A stretch of DNA of 61,979 nucleotides, filler included, from Collodictyon triciliatum (lineage: Eukaryota): NCBI GenBank assembly GCA_043381765.1. It is 12 parts of 12 records of this genome, joined end to end, with 100 filler letters (N's around TTAATTAATTAA, not from the genome) between each part and the next. Parts side by side here need not be neighbours in the genome. Positions count along the whole stretch, not along the records: positions 54,356 to 59,251 come from JBHJMP010005666.1; positions 59,352 to 61,979 come from JBHJMP010005740.1; 10 more parts are not named here. One strand, written 5' to 3'. Both the position numbers and the translations under genes were made by a program. How positions within the stretch are numbered: position 1 is the first letter of the stretch; the number at the start of each line of letters is the position of its first letter. The notes beneath the pieces were generated by a model that was not told the DNA's origin, made no database searches, and saw only the letters and a list, made by a program, of their open reading frames with translations. This document shows, piece after piece, positions 57,301 through 61,979 of the stretch.

Positions 57301-59251
57301 TCCTTATCATTCCAAGTACCTTGTGGGCATTCGGTGCATGATGTGTTCCCATATGAGCCGGAGTTTGAGTTGAATGTGCCTTTTGCACAAGCATAGCATG
57401 ATTGTGAGTCTTTTGTGATTCCTTCTTTTTGATAGTATCCTGGTGAGCATAAGCTGCACAATGCGCTTCTTTCTGAGCTGTAGCTTCCACTTGGACATGA
57501 AATGCATGATGATTGATTGAATGAACCAGTTTTGTTGTTGAATGTACCCGCTGGACATGATGTGCATGATGCTTGACCATCCTTATCATTCCAAGTACCT
57601 TGTGGACATTCAATACATGATTCGTTTCCATATGAGCCGGAGTTTGAGTTGAATGTGCCTTTTGCACAAGCATAGCATGATTGTGAGTCTTTTGTGATTC
57701 CTTCTTTTTGATAGAATCCTGATAAGCATAAACTGCATGATATACTTCTTTCTGAGCTGTGGCTCCCATTTGAACATGAAATACATGATGATTGATTATA
57801 TGAGCCAGTTTTATTGTTGAATGTACCAGCTGGACATGATGTGCACGATGCTTGACCATCTTTATCATTCCAAGTACCTTGTGGACATTCAATACATGAA
57901 TTGTTTCCGTATGAGCCGGATATTGAGTTGAATGTGCCTTTTGGACAAGCATAGCATGATTCTGAGTCTTTCATTATTCCATCTTTTTGGTAGAATCCTG
58001 ATAAACACAAGCTGCACAATGCGCTTCTTTCTGAGCTGTAGCTTCCATTCGGACATGAAATGCATGATGATTGATTGAATGAACCAGTTTTGTAGTTGAA
58101 TGTCCCAGCTGGACATGATGTGCATGATGCCTGACCATCTCTATCATCCCAAGTACCTTGTGGACATTCAATGCATGATTTGTCTCCATATGAGCCGGAG
58201 TTTGAGTTGAATGTGCCTTTTGGACAAGCGTTGCATGATTCTGAGTCTTTTTTGATTCCTTCTTTTTGGTAGAATCCTGATAAACATAAACTGCATGAAG
58301 CGCTTCTTTCGGAGCTGTAGCTTCCGTTCGGACATGATATACATAATGATTGATTACATGAGCCAGTTTTGTTGTTAAATGTTCCAGCTGGACATGACAT
58401 GCATGATGCTTGACCATCTCTATCATTCCAAGTACCTCGTGGACAATCGATACATGATTTGTTTCCATATGAGCCGGAGTTAGAGTTGAATGTGCCTTTT
58501 GCACAAGCATAACATGATTTTGAATCTTTTTTGATTCCCTCTCTTTGATAGAATCCTGATAAGCATAAACTGCATGATATACTTCTTTCTGAGCTGTAGC
58601 TTCCGTTTGGACATTCAATACATGAATCACCAAATGAGCCCGTTTTATTGTTGAATGTACCAGCTGGGCATGATGTGCATTCATCTTTGTAATTACTCCC
58701 AAAAGTCCCTTGTGGACATTCAATACATGATTCGTTGCTTGTTGAACCAAATCTTGGATTGTAAGTTCCATCGATACATTTTATACATGTCTTTTGGCCA
58801 GATATTGGATTGTAAGAACCAGGTTGGCAAAGTTCACATGTGGATTCTCCTGAATTTGAAGAGAATTTCCCTTGGGGACACAATTGGCAACTGCTAACAT
58901 CGGTTGATGCGACATTTGGATTAAAAGTCCCGGCTGGGCATTTTTCGCAGGTAGTTGATTTTGTTTTATTTGAGTAAGTACCCGTGGAACATGGATTACA
59001 AAACTGCTTTCCTTTCTCACTCATGAAAAACCCAGCAGGACAGTCAAAACAACTCGACTTTCCATCAACACTATTGTATGTCCCGAGCTCACATAGAAGA
59101 CAGGATGAGTTTCCAGCACCTCGAATATTTGGATTGAATGTTCCTGCTGGACAAGAAGTACACGACCTATCGCCCTCATTACTGTAAAATCCAGCAGTGC
59201 AATTATTACATGAAATTTGACCTTTAATATTATTAAATGTTCCAGCCTCGC
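54356..59251 (-). CDS. Giant Cys-rich surface/receptor-like protein (Ephrin_rec_like / GCC2_GCC3-type repeats); open at both contig ends
   Basis: More than 1600 codons without a stop. About 13-14 tandem 93-aa (279-bp) units C..CPAGTFN..TGS.NQSSC..CPNGSYS...C..C.SGFYQ...C..CP.GTFN...C..CPQGTWND. Ends in CPEGFICDG....PGYW. Confidence 0.92.
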
Positions 59252-59647
59252 NNNNNNNNNNNNNNNNNNNNNNNNNNNNNNNNNNNNNNNNNNNNTTAAT
59301 TAATTAANNNNNNNNNNNNNNNNNNNNNNNNNNNNNNNNNNNNNNNNNNNNTTTTAGTTGTTTTTTTTTCCCTTTTCCACTAGTTTAAGTTCTTCTAATA
59401 AAATAAAAAGTTTTTTAATTTTTTTTTTTTTTCAAAAAAAAAAAAAAAACAATAGAGGAGCGGATTTTCACAGTTCAATAGTATCTTTGAATTTATGTAT
59501 CAGATCCAGAACCAAAACGTAATTTCGATAATATTTCACGCTTTATATATATATATGACATTATATGATTTTCTTTATATTACACATTTAAACTGAAGCT
59601 TAATTATTAAGCTACTTGAAGTTCTGATTTACTTTATCGGATTTTAG

Positions 59648-61752
59648 GTAGATATGGTTATGACATCGGTAACCGGGCACCTAATGTCAATTGACTTTCC
59701 TGATTCATATAGAAGCTGGACAGCAAATGATCCATCTGTCCTCTTCACTGCACCCATAGAAAAGAAAGTTTCGCATGTGAAGAAGCCTTTTCATTTTAAT
59801 TATTAACCAAGACCTTCACTCCACGGTTTCTTTTTTTAATTCCGAACCTTTTACTTTAATTTTCTTATAATTCTTGTTTTATGTCTCTGTATGCAAAGGA
59901 TAAAGAGCCTCTCCAAAAAACCCTAACTGTCGAGGCTATCAAAGCACATTGGTTGATCCTCTGGTTGGATTGTGACCGAGAGGGAGAAAACATCGCTTAT
60001 GAAGTTATAGATATATGCAAAAAGTATTTTCTTAATTTCTCTTTTTATTTAATCGTACATTCAGCTATCCTTTACATATACTTACTAAATCGAAACAGCT
60101 GAAAATATAGGTGGAATGAATTTTAAGAAAATATTTCAAATAATAAAAACTTTACTTACTGTCAAACAGAGCTAATCCTAGACTAAGAATTTTGAGAGCA
60201 AAGTTTTCTGCGCTTGTCTCGCAGTAATTTGCTCTATCTCCGCATTTAATGATCCACAGTCACATATGATTTAAATATGTGCTCTTATTTCTTGCTTTTT
60301 TGGACTTCAATTAATATTTCAAATGTTGAATTATGAATCCATATCTGGACCTAAAATATTTTTGATACTGTGAAGGAAGAAGCGTCTCACTTTACTACTA
60401 GAGAGTAATAAATAGGTAATCCAAAAATCCTTCCATAAAAAACTATTAGGGATATTCACGCAGCATGCCAAAGGTTAGGGCTACCAAATGAGTTGGATTC
60501 TCTAGCTGTTGATGCAAGACAAGTACAATTAAATAAATATTCCCATGTTCGAATAAATGGAAAAAATGAGTGTTTATATCTCGCTTTTTCTTTTCTTTAT
60601 TTCTTGTAAACACTTAATCAATTGAAATTGATATACCACAGGAAATCGACCTCCGAATAGGTGCCGCTTTTACCAGGTTCCAGACACTCCGGATAAGACA
60701 TAAATATGATGGTGTACCAGATAGTGTTGTGAGCTATGGTAATTTGTTGCCTTCTAAAAGGAATATATCCAAGAGGAATCCATGTATCGTTTGATTTTCG
60801 TTATATTTTAAAAAAATTCATCCAAAGACAGAGAATTCAAGGCAATCTATTGTTTTATATATTTCCTTGTTTGTTACCAATATACTTTCAGCTAAAAATT
60901 GTTAAATGTAACTGATGCAGGACCATGTCAATTTCCTACTCTCGGTTTCATAGTGGAGCGATACTTAGCTCGAGAAAAATTTGTCTCAGAACCCTTCTGG
61001 TCCCTTAAAGCTACTGTGAAGTTTGTATTAAACACCTCAATCAAATCATTAGGATATTGTCTAAAGGAACTAGGTTTTTAGATCAGCACGAAATAATTTC
61101 GAATCAAAATAATATGTGGCACGTAGGAAATCTGACCTTGAAGGTGTTTTTTCCTGGACAAGAGGGAATTTATTCGATCGATTTTCCTGCTTAATATTTT
61201 ATGAGTTTTGCACACTCCAACCAATGGGGACAATTACAAAAGTTTTGGGAAAACCAACAAAGAAGCTGTGAGTAGTACTAAAAAGTAAATAAAAAGTGAT
61301 GAGCAAACGTCATGGCTCCATAATAAGTGAAAAGCAACACCGCCCTCTACGATCCATGCACCAATTTTTTATATTAGAAAGCCACTTCCACTTACCACTG
61401 TAGAACTTCAGAAAAAGTGCTCAAAATATCTGAGATTTGCATCTGAACATACTATGAAAGTAAGGACTGAAAACATTTTTTATTTATTTATTTTAGTCTT
61501 TATATTTTTCTTTTATTCGATTCAAAACATTAAGTTTCAATTTAGTATAAATTCATTTATAAAGCACAAAATATATTCACTTTTTTTGGCTCATAAAAAT
61601 AAAAATATGTGCTAGATAGCTGAGGATTTGTATCAGAAAGGATTCATCAGTTACCCTCGCACTGAAACAGACAGATTTGCACCGAGTATGAATTTAAAAG
61701 ATTTTGTAAACCACCAAACAGCTAGCTCACAGTGGGGAAACTACGCAACTGG
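59648..61752 (+). CDS. TOP3A: DNA topoisomerase III alpha, internal exons, partial at both ends
   Basis: [26 protein letters not shown] (TOPRIM), [48 protein letters not shown] and [17 protein letters not shown] (catalytic Tyr). Confidence 0.95.
61505..61531 (-). mobile_element. Degenerate micro-retroelement-like copy in a TOP3A intron
   Basis: TTTTTCTTTTATTCGATTCAAA. A possible 8-bp direct repeat AAAACATT lies at 61470 and 61524. Confidence 0.45.
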
Positions 61753-61789
61753 GTAATTTTGATGCTCCAATACCATTCCCTTTTTTGTT

Positions 61790-61979
61790 TTTGTTCTTGT
61801 TCTTGTTCTTGTTCTTGTTCTTGTTCTTGTTCTTGTTCTTGTTCTTGTTCTTGTTCTTGTTCTTGTTCTTGTTCTTGTTCTTGTTCTTGTTCTTGTTCTT
61901 GTTCTTGTTCTTGTTCTTGTTCTTGTTCTTGTTCTTGTTCTTGTTCTTGTTCTTGTTCTTGTTCTTGTTCTTGTTCTTT
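61790..61979. repeat. (TTGTTC)n microsatellite
   Basis: Direct observation; lies in a TOP3A intron. Confidence 0.95.

Noticed and set aside
54899-58771. His-rich alternative-frame ORFs overlapping the Cys-rich gene
   Set aside because: Shadow frames of the 279-bp repeat, interrupted by stops at repeat-periodic positions.
61166-61180. TTTATTCGAT match in a TOP3A exon (also TTCGATTCAAGG at ~1212 in a CTF18 exon)
   Set aside because: Partial matches inside conserved coding frames with no TSD or A-tail. Chance.

Overview
This is not continuous DNA. It is a pseudo-scaffold of 12 unrelated contigs or scaffolds, most about 4.9 kb, joined by N-TTAATTAATTAA-N linkers, so adjacency across linkers means nothing. 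The source is an AT-rich, intron-rich, microsatellite-rich eukaryote, probably a flagellated protist; the genes I could splice use canonical GT-AG introns and the standard code. Genes recognised after manual splicing: CTF18, MORN5, a RING/B-box (TRIM-like) membrane protein, the gamete fusogen HAP2/GCS1, a GT31/Fringe-like glycosyltransferase, importin-5, a PMCA-type Ca2+-ATPase (5' end), an LRR protein, sepiapterin reductase, a TMEM60/185/203-like protein, a TPR protein, a SOX/MATA-type HMG-box factor, a giant Cys-rich repeat surface protein and TOP3A. The most notable unexplained signal is a family of ultra-short (~21-34 nt) insertions, consensus (T)CTTTGAATCGAATAAAGG(A)7-10. Seven copies have perfect 14-17 bp target-site duplications, and several more are degenerate. 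They look like minimal TPRT-mobilised retroelements. Also notable: a TRIM-like protein with a tetherin-like TM/coiled-coil/GPI-signal C-terminus, and a textbook double heat-shock-element promoter in front of a decayed ORF. All calls come from reading the sequence by eye; no searches were run.
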